A stretch of DNA of 64,000 nucleotides from Phoronis australis (taxonomy: Eukaryota > Animalia > Phoronida), in contig NMRA01000822.1 of assembly GCA_002633005.1 (NCBI GenBank), forward strand, positions 17,380-81,379, written 5' to 3'. The translations under genes and the position numbers were made by a program. This document shows positions 52,832 through 64,000 of this stretch, piece after piece; position 1 is the first letter of the stretch; each line of letters begins with the position of its first letter. The notes under the pieces are model-generated. The model worked only from the letters and a program-made list of their open reading frames with translations. It was not told the DNA's origin and ran no database searches.

Positions 52832-54326
52832 ATAAAAGGGGGGCGCTACTGGCAGCAGAATTTCGTACTCATTACGCTGAAAATGTGTCTTAACTGCAGG
52901 CAGGTACAGTTCATGGGAAAACAGTGTTCAATTTTGGTTTGCAATAAAAGTAAATTCCACGCACGGTTATAACAAAATCATATTACATAATAGGCAAAGA
53001 AAGGTGTTTGGCCTTGATTTTCTAGCGACATAGGCTACATGACCACAAAATGATCTTATGTGTATTGTATTGAGGTAAAATTAACAATTTTGACACAAAG
53101 TCGTCACACGCTAGCCTTACATATTAACTTAATCTTCCATCTTTTAAATATTTTAATGAGTAACAAGTTTGGTCTAGTGTTCCTTATTTAGTCCGATCCT
53201 GATTTAATTGAACTGCAGCAAACCTGTCGAAATTTGTTTTCCACGACACTGCTTCGGGTAAAAATTTCCCAGTGCTCTTTTGCAACATGTTGGCAAAATT
53301 TTTAAGAAATGAACTAAAGAAAGGTTTTCCAGACGACAAGTTGGCCTTCCCAATTTCACTGCAGGCATTTCTCTCAGACATATGGAAGACTGGAGTTTTT
53401 AAGTGATGAAATTCAGTTATCTCTCCACGAAATGAAGTTGATTATTAAATTCGATGTTTTAGTGTGCCTTTAATTAGTTGTCCCAAAACAATTTATGGGT
53501 AAGTGCCCGACCGTGTGCAGTGTAATGAGGGTGGAGGCAGTACCCCAGTTTTTTTCAACTGAATGTAGCGTCTACGTACATGTACCGTACTAGACGGAGT
53601 GATTAGAATGTCTTACAAAGTCACCTGGTTTAATGCTCAACAGTCTGTACAGGCTTTTCTCTCAGTAACTTGTGATGGTACTGCCTATGGAATACAGTTT
53701 TCTACCGTCTCTTATGTTGTTAGGCCTATATTCATGGACTGAACGTAGTGATACTAAACACGTCCTCAACGTCATATAATCATGATTGTTTTACAGTTTC
53801 TTAGTACATGTTACATCTCTTAAGTACCTAGTACTTTCCAAATTAAACCATTCTGCTGGAGAATTACTTTTTGCCACAATGAGACGTCACGCGTTTTTCG
53901 ATGCTGCTTCTCACCCTGGCCAACCCGCGATCAAGAACGTCCGGAAGGCGATCGAGAACGAAATTTGGCGCGAGAAGCGAAGCCAGACATTGTCCGTAAA
54001 TTTGATTAATTTTGTCGTCTTTGGTCTCAATATAAAAACAGAGACATGAGTTCAAGATTTGACACATTGAGGAAGGACAGGTTGAGGTCTAGGCCAGTGT
54101 CTCTTTCAATTATTGGAGAAAAGACGTTAACCGGAAGATGAGTTGTACAGCTGTATATCATTTTGGCAAGTCGTGGTTATTTTTGGCACTATATCAATTA
54201 TGACTGTAAACAAAAATGAAACTCTCGCTTTAAAATTTATATTTTGAACAGTTGAAAATCAAGATAGGTAATTTTAGGCACTATTTCTTGCCCAAGAATT
54301 GTAGTAATACCTAACAGTGCTTCAGA

Positions 54327-54425
54327 GGAGGCAGTGTGGCCTGGTTGATAAGTGCCCGCTTTCTTTACTCGAGGTCGTGGGTTCAAGTCCCACCAGTTCA
54401 CACTGCTAAACCCTTGAGCCAGGTT
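54327..54425 (+). mobile_element. tRNA-derived SINE head
   Basis: ggcagtgtggcctggttgataag (A box) ... gaggtcgtgggttcaagtcccacc (B box), followed by cccttgagccagg. No complete cloverleaf. Confidence 0.65.
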
Positions 54426-55666
54426 TCTAGCTCCTCATCTCGGTTTTAACCATATATTAATAAAGCATAAAAATATTTCCAGGTGATCAGTGCAATGGGC
54501 CCACATGCGAGGCCTGCGCACGTCTGGTACAACGTGTATCAGACCGCCTGCAATTATTTTTTAAACAGTGCTTCCCCAAAATCACATCTATGACCTTTGC
54601 CGACAAACTTTCACTGACCTGATACCTTTCATTTTATGCTTCTGTCTCTTACAGGTGTTGGGGATATTCTTGGCTTATACATGTCACGTGATTTGTTATT
54701 TGTGGTGTCTTTGCTGCTATTTTAGTAGAAAAATGTCTGCGATGATGAAGCATATACTTTTGTTAGTCCTTCCTGGCCATACAATCACTTTTTTCTTAGG
54801 GTGACACTGTGTTTCATGATTTGGTAATTACTGCTTTCTCTGTACATACATGCCATTTCAATCCCTCAATTCTCATATATTGTCATAGACTGAGAAAGAT
54901 GCTTGTACGAACGATTTGCGATTTCACGCCCGTTGTTCTCTGATCTCTATTACTTGTTAGAGATTATTTTTAAAATGCTTCACTTTTGCATAAGAAATTA
55001 TCGAAAAATTTGATTTTTAAAGCAAAATCGTGCTAAATAGAAGGGGTTATTTAGAAAATTACAACAAGGTTTAACATTGATATCAGAGGCAAAATAACAA
55101 TATTTATATGTGTCTTAGTACATAACATTACAATAGCGGTTTTACAAGGACATATCGACCTCGACCTTCGGTCTCAGTCGATACGCGGAATAAGGTCGAG
55201 TGGGATATTACTTCATGTACGCCAATCGAGGTACATTTTGTATTTATCCCATGCGCTTCGAATCCCCAAGTTTCTTGCATTTTTTCGGCAGATTTTTCAA
55301 ATAGTTCACCAAGACTGTTCACATGGCGAATTACATCCTATATGTATGTACTTGCGCGTTAGGTTGCAAGTTTTCTCTTGTAAAAGAAACAGTTTTAAAA
55401 GTAACGATTTGTTTCTTGAAAAGAAGTAGCAAAGATGAAAAAAGGCAACTGAACAGTGAACTTGTAACATCTCCTGGAAATAGTTAAAAAACAACAATAT
55501 TTGATATTTTAATTTCCTAGGAATCGGCGCCTGAGTTGAAGATGATTTGGTATTCAACAATTGAAAACAGAGATATAAGTGTCTTATAATTAACAGTTTT
55601 GTTCCAGATTTTTCGTTTAGGGCCTGGTTGCATGTCGAGTGTTAGTTACACTGTTGCAACTGTATT

Positions 55667-56108
55667 CTGTTTCTGTTTCTGTGGTGACGTCAGAGGGTAA
55701 GCTCCGGGATAGTCTCTGGCCTTCCTCCTTCCAGTATCGTACGCAATGTAAATTTGGTGATGCAACCAAGTTCGCGCTGGTTACACATTCTTCGATCTTT
55801 TCCCCTGATACGAGTTTTTGCTGCATCTCCGTATTGCCAACCTCGCTCTATGAGGCGCTTTGTTACCCATCTCTCCTGCTGTTGTACAATCTCGGCGGCA
55901 TCTGTAAGCGATTCACGCACTCAGGAGATTACATCTGCTGGTGTGAGGACCAGGTCGGCAATCGGTTCTGCGATGCCTGCAAGCTCATCTGCCTTGACGT
56001 TAGATATGCCACAGTGTCCTGGTATATAAATACTGGTGAACAGAGGGATCCAGGAATCTTCACATGACCAGTTTTTAGCCTGCTAATGAGGCTGAGGGAG
56101 TCTGTAAC
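55667..56108 (-). mobile_element. 5'-truncated RNase H-encoding LINE (I/Ingi group) 3' end
   Basis: - strand peptides VTDSLSLI and IYIPGHCGISNVKADELAG (RNase H motifs); 3' tail (acagaa)n; 12-bp TSD tgcaactgtatt at 55655-55666 and 56109-56120. Confidence 0.8.
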
Positions 56109-56281
56109 TGCAACTGTATTACTTTAAACTATTATTCGGAAAGTTTGATGATCGACATTGAACTACCTTTTGAACTTTCCATGTCAGAGGTCACTGTTGA
56201 AGTAGTGCGGGAGGTGAATACGGAAAACATTATTTCATGGTCGTATTTCCCTCGACAGATTCAACGCGCATGGGATAAATC

Positions 56282-56433
56282 ATAGGTTATCCCGCATACA
56301 TAGGAATACTATACTGCCATCGATATCCTATCGAGAATTCATTTCATCTGGGAATGTCCCAACGAGACCGAAGATGAATTCGAGATAGGATATCGATGGC
56401 AGTATAGCATTCCTATGTATGTGGGATAACCTA
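56282..56433. repeat. Long foldback palindrome with ~60-bp arms; likely the terminal cassette of a non-autonomous element spanning ~55130-56433
   Basis: ataggttatcccgcatacataggaatactatactgccatcgatatcc... pairs with ...ggatatcgatggcagtatagcattcctatgtatgtgggataacctat. An additional inverted repeat is tttatcccatgcgc (55243-55256) / gcgcatgggataaa (56266-56279). Confidence 0.8.
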
Positions 56434-57626
56434 TTTATCCCATATATTTAGACTTACTTGCATCATCGTGGCTATACCTTGTTACCGTGTGATCCGGCTT
56501 GTTGTTATATGACGTCATATGTATGTAAAGTACTGCACCAAAACTGGTTAAAGACCTGGTCGCACGCGTTGTTAACCCTTATTAAATGGTTAGAGGATGT
56601 TATAGGGATCCAAGAAGTACTTACCCCATAACTAATACAAGATCCGTACTTGAAAAAAGTTTAAATGAACGCGCCACTCACGATTCGCTTCTGAACAACC
56701 ACCGCCATTTTGAACTTGCCGCGAACCCGGAAGTACTTAATTCATTCAAGAACCCAGGCCGAGAAAACGCCGTCAGTGTGGATGGACGAGTGCTTGTTAC
56801 CAGCTTGCAAACGGGGATAAAATAATCGACAGCGTGCCTTAATTTTAATGAAATCAAAATACGGACAACTTTATCGAATCTGGTGAAGAAATGTAGCGAA
56901 TAAATTTTGACAGAAATTATTTTGCCAGGCTCGCGACCAGACACTGGCGAACGGTAAATGCATGCGGTTGAAAGCTGTTTTGTCGAAGTAAAATGTTCAA
57001 ATGCCGCATATATTCAAAGGTAGTTTCAGACACTTGCATGAAATTACGGGCTGAACGGTTAGTCCTGTGTCACACTGCCGCGGCAGACCTTAGCTAGCCT
57101 CAGTGCCACCTACCAGTGAAGACTATCGTCGCTGGCCTAACTGGTTGTGGCTACAGGGCTCGCTGAAACGAGGATTATTTAGAATTTGGGTACTTCTGGC
57201 GAACTGTGCAAAGTTGTTGGCTTTCAATAGAGATTTGTTGCCCAGACTTTATATGATCGCACCAATTAAGCCTAAAAGAATGGGGGGCTGGAATTTTTGG
57301 GAATGTCTATCTTTTACTATAAGATTCACTGGGTATGTTCAGAGCTATGAATTGCAGACGCTAAATTTTGGCACTTCCTGTCTTTTAGTGGAATATTGTC
57401 TTATTTTCTACTTTTTTTTCGGAAGCCGTGCTGCTCTTGACTGGGGCAGACCTTTTCCATTTCTCCATATAGGTCGCTCGTTCGAGAATATAAGTATGAC
57501 AAGTCCAATACAAAATGCTATCATTTTTTTATTCATTAACCCAATATGAGGCAAACTTTTAACATAACAAGTAACTTAAAATGTACAATACTTTACAACA
57601 TCTAGCATTACAAACACTATTCAACA

Positions 57627-57866
57627 CATGCGCACAACCAGCCTTCAATAAGGGGGGGCTCGAATTCCCGGCGATGTGGGCCTTTTGCTAAAAAAAGAGT
57701 GGGCGGACTAAAAAAAAACGGGAGCACCACTGTGAATTTCGCGTTTGCACTTCTTTAGTGGACTTTTCTCCCATTTTCTCAGGCTTTTTGTCTCTCGGGG
57801 ACTGACCTTTTTGCCCACTTCGCCAAATGGGGGGGGCTCATTCGAGCCCCCCTGGGTGCGCGCATG
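57627..57866. mobile_element. MITE with a 5-bp TSD
   Basis: Termini catgcgcac... / ...gggtgcgcgcatg; TSD caaca at 57622-57626 and 57867-57871. A related diverged copy begins at 44469. Confidence 0.75.
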
Positions 57867-60399
57867 CAACAGCAACAGTTTCGATGTTATGAAAGTGGAC
57901 TTACATGTAACTATTACCATGGTGACCAAATAGTGTTTCCTTACACCAGAATTTGACAAGCATGATTAAAAAATATGAAGTTGCAAGGAACAAGCATTAT
58001 AGGCTTGAAGCTTAACAATCCATCATTTCCCAAATTAAGATTATTCATATTGTTGACTTGATAACCTGAATTAAGAAGTAATAAGCTACAAAACATGACT
58101 TGAAAGCAATTGAGACTTAAAATTTATGAAAAATATGAATCATTTTGTGACACCAAATCAAGCCTTGAATAGCAGTTGACAGTCAAACAAAAAACCATTT
58201 CAAAATTATTTCAACTATTTTTTTAGCTTAGTGTAAGATCACCTGAATGGGAAATTCACAGTAAAATTAATTGAATATATCTTATATTTTTGCACAAAAA
58301 ACACGAAAATTGAACAAAGTTCCTTTTTTGTAGCAACGTTTGTCAAAATGTATCAACGTTAAATCTTCACAAATTACAAAGTAGCCGATTGAACATGCCT
58401 TTCAGTTCAGCAAAACTCGCCATGTTGTCGGTGTCGCCAGAAATGAGACGAAGTCCAACGGGAATTGTGAGCACATTTATCACTTAATGAGTAACAACTG
58501 CGAAGCTGAAATTTGGTGAACACTGTTGAGTCGTGCAGAATAGTAAGTAAAGACATGTCTAACTAAATTTCCCCGTAATTTGTTGGCGAAAACAATTTAC
58601 ACAAATCGTAACTTATCCCGCTGTCCTCCAATAAGATGGCCGACGCGATCCAAACAAAGTGACCCAAATTTCGCCACAAAACTTGCAATAACTTTACACT
58701 GCTTGCCCCGATTTTGATACTTTTTCTATTTTTACTGAGTAGAATGCACTGACTTTCCGATGATAGCAAAGTACTTTTTCAAAACGAGAAAAAAAATCAA
58801 AACGAAAAAAATTGGTTCCACCCATACTGGTTCCTAGGTTAGACCGGCCTACGTAAGGAACTAAACACCAGTGCTATTTTAACATAATAAGTACGCCTAA
58901 CATTCCAAAAAAATTCAACGACCACTAACTACAAACTATAAATACACTACATATGCAAACGAATCACGAGATATTACTAATAAAACAAAATAATGAAGAC
59001 TGATCGAGCAAGCGATAGCACATTCAGTTACAAGGAAAAAATGGTGGCTTTCAGGACAAGTTCCTGAACTGATGAGCCGGAAATGTGGGTACGGAAATAA
59101 CCGATGACAGCCGGTAATTATACGCTCACAGAGAAGGGTCAAATACTGTTAAAAATCGCTTTTGGCAAGAAAGGCGAAAAGAATATCAAGAAAGGGTGTT
59201 GAAAATAAGATTTGATGTAGTAAGTATTTTCGGATAGGCCTACTGGAACCACATGGGCAGTTTGAGAGCAGGACTTTAAGCTACAAGACAAGTGGGAAAG
59301 GGTTAACCAGTAAAGTTTTATTTCGTAATAAATTCATCGGAATTTTTAGGTTGTGAAATATAGAAGTTAAGGCATTGAACCACTTAATTATGTCAACAGT
59401 TTGTCGGAAACTTAGAAACAATCCATCCGGGAATATAAAAATTGAAACATTCCCTGAACTGAGTTGTCTGCAACAGCTTGGTGTCAGCTTCGATCAATTT
59501 CTTAGTTTTCTTGTTCTATTTTCGTGTCTTAGCTTCTGAAATGTACATAGAAATAGAAACATTTCCCTGTGTTGATCACAGCATTGAAAAATAACGGTGG
59601 AAATTGTGCTGATTTGCAGAACTTGAGGTAAGGACTATAGCAAAGCAGAAGTTTTACGCCACGGCCGGCGACCGACGCGAAAAGGCCACGCTTGGTTTCC
59701 CCACTACACCACCGGAAGTATTGGAGTCTGTACGCGCGCAGGGAGGTCAAGTAGGTGACCTCTGCTCGTGTCAGTCAGAGTAGGTGACCTCTAACCATGA
59801 AATCTTTGTTTACTTCCGCAAGTTGAGCTGTTCGTTTCATATTATTAGATCGTTTTGCAACCTAACTCAGGTGCGTTATCTGATGTATTTTTCTGAAAAT
59901 GTCAACATCACACAATACTTTATTATGTACATTAGACCTAATATTTGATTACACTTTCATTCTTTATTATTTATTTATTTATTTATTTGTACCGATATAA
60001 ATAGGCCTATATACGTACAATGGGGTAGTCTGGCTGGCCCGTCATGATTAGTTGCTTTCCATGGACATACAGACTTAGAAAAATGAAAGACAACACTTAA
60101 ACGATGAATATGAAACTGACATGGAAAGACTGATGAAACAAAATGAATAATAAACAAACTACAAATAGACGGCACTAAAATTATGAGACAACATGAATAA
60201 ATAATGTCTTCATCAATGATTAACAGTAGTTAATAAAAGTACACGAAATCATGTATATCATCATGTATATAGATAAAAAATAGGTTGGTCTGAGGATATT
60301 TATGGCACATTTGGTACACAGAACACTTCTGATTAAATTGACTTCTAATAATTATGGTTTTAAAACTTACTAAGGATGATGCTGATTTGGAATCGGAGG

Positions 60400-60860
60400 G
60401 GAAAGTACTCCGCCAGAAATAAGCCCCGCTGTATTAAATGATTTTTTACCAGTTTCATTTCTGGTTTTTGAGCAAATTGAAATTGGATGGTTGTGAGACC
60501 CTATGTCATCGTGTATTATCATTATTCCCATCTCCATATTGAGGTTTTCAATATTAATATATCTCACACCAACTCACTGGTTTTTGAGCAAATTGAAACT
60601 GGATGGCTGTGAGGCCCTATGTCATCGTGTATTATCATTATTCCCATCTCCATATTGAGGTTTTCAATATTGATATATCTCACACCAACTCCCAGAATAA
60701 TGCGTGCAGCCATATTTTGAATAGCCTGACAGTTTTCATATCCATGTAAGATGCAGCGCCCCACAACGGGAGGCAGTAATCCAGGTGAGCTTGAATGACG
60801 ATTGTGTTGAAAAGGGTTTTCAGTGTCAAATAATACACCCACATAATTTGAACATTGAGG
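60400..60860 (-). mobile_element. Decayed L2/CR1-group LINE 3' fragment with an internal ~120-bp tandem duplication
   Basis: Peptide AIQNMAARIILGVG...IENLNMEMGI; 60460-60572 is repeated at 60577-60690. Confidence 0.55.
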
Positions 60861-61566
60861 GTTGTGCATGTCCGCAGAGGCAGATCTACAGGTGTGGTTC
60901 AACCCACCGCTCCCCCCTCGACACACGACCAAAAGTAAAAATTGAAAAAAATGTCGCCAGAAAAACAAAATCAGCTACTAAAAACTACAAAGATCTTACA
61001 CGGGAGGGTGTTTGCTACGCGCCTCGGATTCGCTCGAATCCTATACCCCCACTGAAAACGTAGATTTGCCACTGGTCCAATTAATTTCTGGTTATCGTTT
61101 TTACCATGTCATCAACCGAATTCAATAATTTATGTTGAGAACATCTCGAGCAAATTAGGTCAAAGAAAGAGCGTTACACGGTGGTTGCCATTACCGATGA
61201 TACCGAGAGGAGGAACAGCCATTTAAGTAGGCAAAATGCAACATTTTGGTAATTTTCAACGAGTGAGTATTTGCTATTCTGGCTATTTAGGCTTGTCCCC
61301 ATATAGCGACAGGACTGGTAAAAGCTACAGCTTCATCCACTTCTTGGCGAGGAAAAAATTCATGAGAATGTTAATTTCTGAATAAGCGCAGGCTTCACAC
61401 TTTGTGAGATTCTCTCATGCATATACATACACATCACGTGATTATAGGGTTTGTGTTGCACCGGTTCCCATACTCCTACCAATTACTGCATTTGGTCAAT
61501 CGATCTGGGTTGCTCTGCATTGTGTTGGTCTTACCATCTACACCACAGCTTGCCTTGCACAAGTTC

Positions 61567-62232
61567 TTTGATAGATGTAACTTAAACACTCTTAACGTTC
61601 CAGTTTCAATCATTCATTGAGAACAGCATATTTGTTAATTCATAACACGTGTATGAATATATATGTGTGAGTATGAAGTGCTACGATCACCAGTATTGGA
61701 AATGTCAGTATGACACACATTCAATCATCAACCCTAGCATGCATGCACATGCCTGTACATGTACATAGAAATATGCGTGCGAGAGCTCGTGAACTCCAGG
61801 ATCTAGGACATGTCGTAAGAAGGGACTAACCACAACTTTCGAAGGAAACTTTACTTGATACTTAAATGAAGTACCAAAAGTTTTTCTATTGTTCCCTCAG
61901 NTTTGATAGATGTAACTTAAACACTCTTAACGTTCCAGTTTCAATCATTCATTGAGAACTGCATATTTGTTAATTCATAACACATGTATGAATATATGTG
62001 TGTGAGTATATGAAGTGCTACGATCACCAGTATTGGAAATGTCAGTATGACACACATTCAATCATCAACCCTAGCATGCATGCACCTGCATGTACATAGA
62101 AATATGCGTGCGAGAGCTCGTGAACTCCAGGATCTAGGATATATCGTAAGAAGGGACTAACCACAACTTTCGAAGGAAACTTTCACTTGATACTTAAATG
62201 AAGTGCCAAAAGTTTTTCTATTGTTCCCTCAG
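61567..62232. repeat. ~330-bp duplication joined by a single N (probable haplotype overlap)
   Basis: 61567-61900 and 61902-62232 are near-identical with small indels. Confidence 0.85.
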
Positions 62233-64000
62233 GGGGTGCCCCCATACCTGCCTGTGAGAGCTCAGATAGGATACTCCTATGTAATCCATTTATTTACCAA
62301 GCAGTCTACACACAGTGATCCCAACAGAAGGACCACATAAAACGCCCCCTCCTCCTTTCCCCAGGCTTGGGACTGGCAAGATGCAACACTTAACAGTATG
62401 ATGCAACTTGGCGGAGTTAGGCATTGTGGTTTAAACTGGACAAGCTAAACAGAACTGGCACAGTGGATTTTTGGAAATAATTCTCAGAAAAATAACACTT
62501 AAAACTGCATTTCCTAGATTATACATTGTCAAACAAGAGCAACATAAGAGGTTGAAATGTGCTGGTGAATGCATCGCTAATGGTGTGCTTCTGGGGTGTA
62601 TATTTATATCATAAAAATGGCCACTAGACGGCACAAAATACATCTTCTTGTGAGGAAGTTTAATTTTTTTAATTTTTGTGATACATGTGTCCATACACTA
62701 TAGACAACAGATTTGCAACTCCACTCAAGGCATAGCACACTCAGCTTACGGTTAGTGTATTCTGACGGGAAATTTTTGCATCTATTTTACTGTCCACTAA
62801 AACGAAAAAAATTATTTTGGTATTGAAACGCTGTGCAAAGTCTTCCAGTAGTAGAACTATTGGTATCGTGCTACTACCACCTGACCACACAACGACCATT
62901 ATTAGTAGACAATGTACTTGCCAGAAGTAAAACATGCTATGTCTGCCAGGTGTCGAACAACCAATCAGTTTTTATTAAACAAAAATTGACAAATTTTAAA
63001 AATGGTCACGAAGATATGACTTCCCAAACTACAGCTCATTTTGGCACATCTTTTCTGATATTTTGAAGGGGGTAGGCCAATTTGGGGCACTCCTGGGCCC
63101 TTACTAAGGCCAAAAAAGTATGATACTTACATTTCTAGAGAGGACAAACAAGGGGCTATCAGATGCACAAAAAATTTTGAAATCGAAAACAAAATTATTT
63201 TGGACCCAAAAAGGACCCTTGGGTGGGTCACTTTGGTGGGCCACTATTACCTTATTAGCGGGCCGAACACGCTGAATCTTGGGGGCTGACCATTTGGAAG
63301 ATTGGCCTTTCAAATAAGAACAGAAACTTTAAAATCGAAGACAAAAAGTTTTTTGACCGAAAAAAGGAGGCCGAAAAATTTTTTGTCTCCAATTTCAAAA
63401 ATTCTTTTCCAGATCGAGGTAGAATGTTGAGAAACTAAAGCCCACCAAGTTCGAGTTGGATTGGATCATTAATAAGGTCACACGGCAAGATCAAAGTTGG
63501 AAAACATTATTTTTAGGCCTTTTCACGCCTAAAAAATTTTTGACCCCGATTTCAAAACTTCTTTCATTGTTGGATAGTCCTTTACTTACTGACTCCAAAA
63601 ACAAGTCTCCACTTCTGGTAAGCCCTAATAAGATCACAGCGGAGGATCAAAGTTGGTCTCTACAAGTAATTTTAACAAAGGGAATACTATCATTTATCAT
63701 AAGCATTCGGTTCAAGCCCGTGTTGCAGATTCTTTAACTTCAGGTCTACCAGGGTTTACCTTAAATGTTTCCTTATCTTTATCCTCCGGATTCCTCTTAA
63801 TATTTCCATAACTTAAGTTTACACTAAGGTTAGTTTCAAGATTTTCCTTATCGTTAATTTAATAGATGTTTTGTATGCACTTGAAACAATACTATGTTAC
63901 CCCTACTTGCATTTTTTGCAAATTTCAAAACTTTAACTGAGTGCAAATAATAATACGCACTGCTCATCTGAAAGTGCAGGAAAGTCATCTTTAGTCCATA

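Noticed and set aside
54327-54400. tRNA gene
   Set aside because: A and B boxes are present but the stems do not form a full cloverleaf, and the sequence continues into a SINE-like body.

Overview
AT-rich animal (invertebrate-type) genomic DNA from a draft assembly, with N gaps at 11129-11538 and 52324-52355 and single Ns at 7178, 22240, 49717 and 61901. It holds one TRIM-NHL gene (RING/B-box/coiled-coil/NHL) with an uninterrupted coding exon on the + strand. Facing it on the - strand is a tandem array of three paralogues. Each fuses a Pol-beta-superfamily nucleotidyltransferase module (GS-x10-DxE, GlnD/GlnE/DUF294-like) to a long array of ~43-44-aa TPR repeats; copies A and B also show the helical substrate-binding subdomain. 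Copy B (30294-33700) is intact. Copy A (19529-24032) has several frameshifts and a stop and may be an assembly chimera. Copy C (48953-51143) is missing its middle at an N junction. All three share a phase-1 splice acceptor at the same position in front of one very large coding exon. The catalytic core of A and B is ~95% identical at DNA level while the TPR arrays are barely alignable. This suggests a diversifying sensor-plus-nucleotide-signalling/modifying enzyme family, a candidate innate-immunity system; that function is inference. The rest is transposon debris (Penelope, L1/Tx1, L2/CR1 and RNase H-bearing LINE fragments, tRNA-derived SINEs, MITEs, elements with 5-bp TSDs) and gap-flanking duplications.
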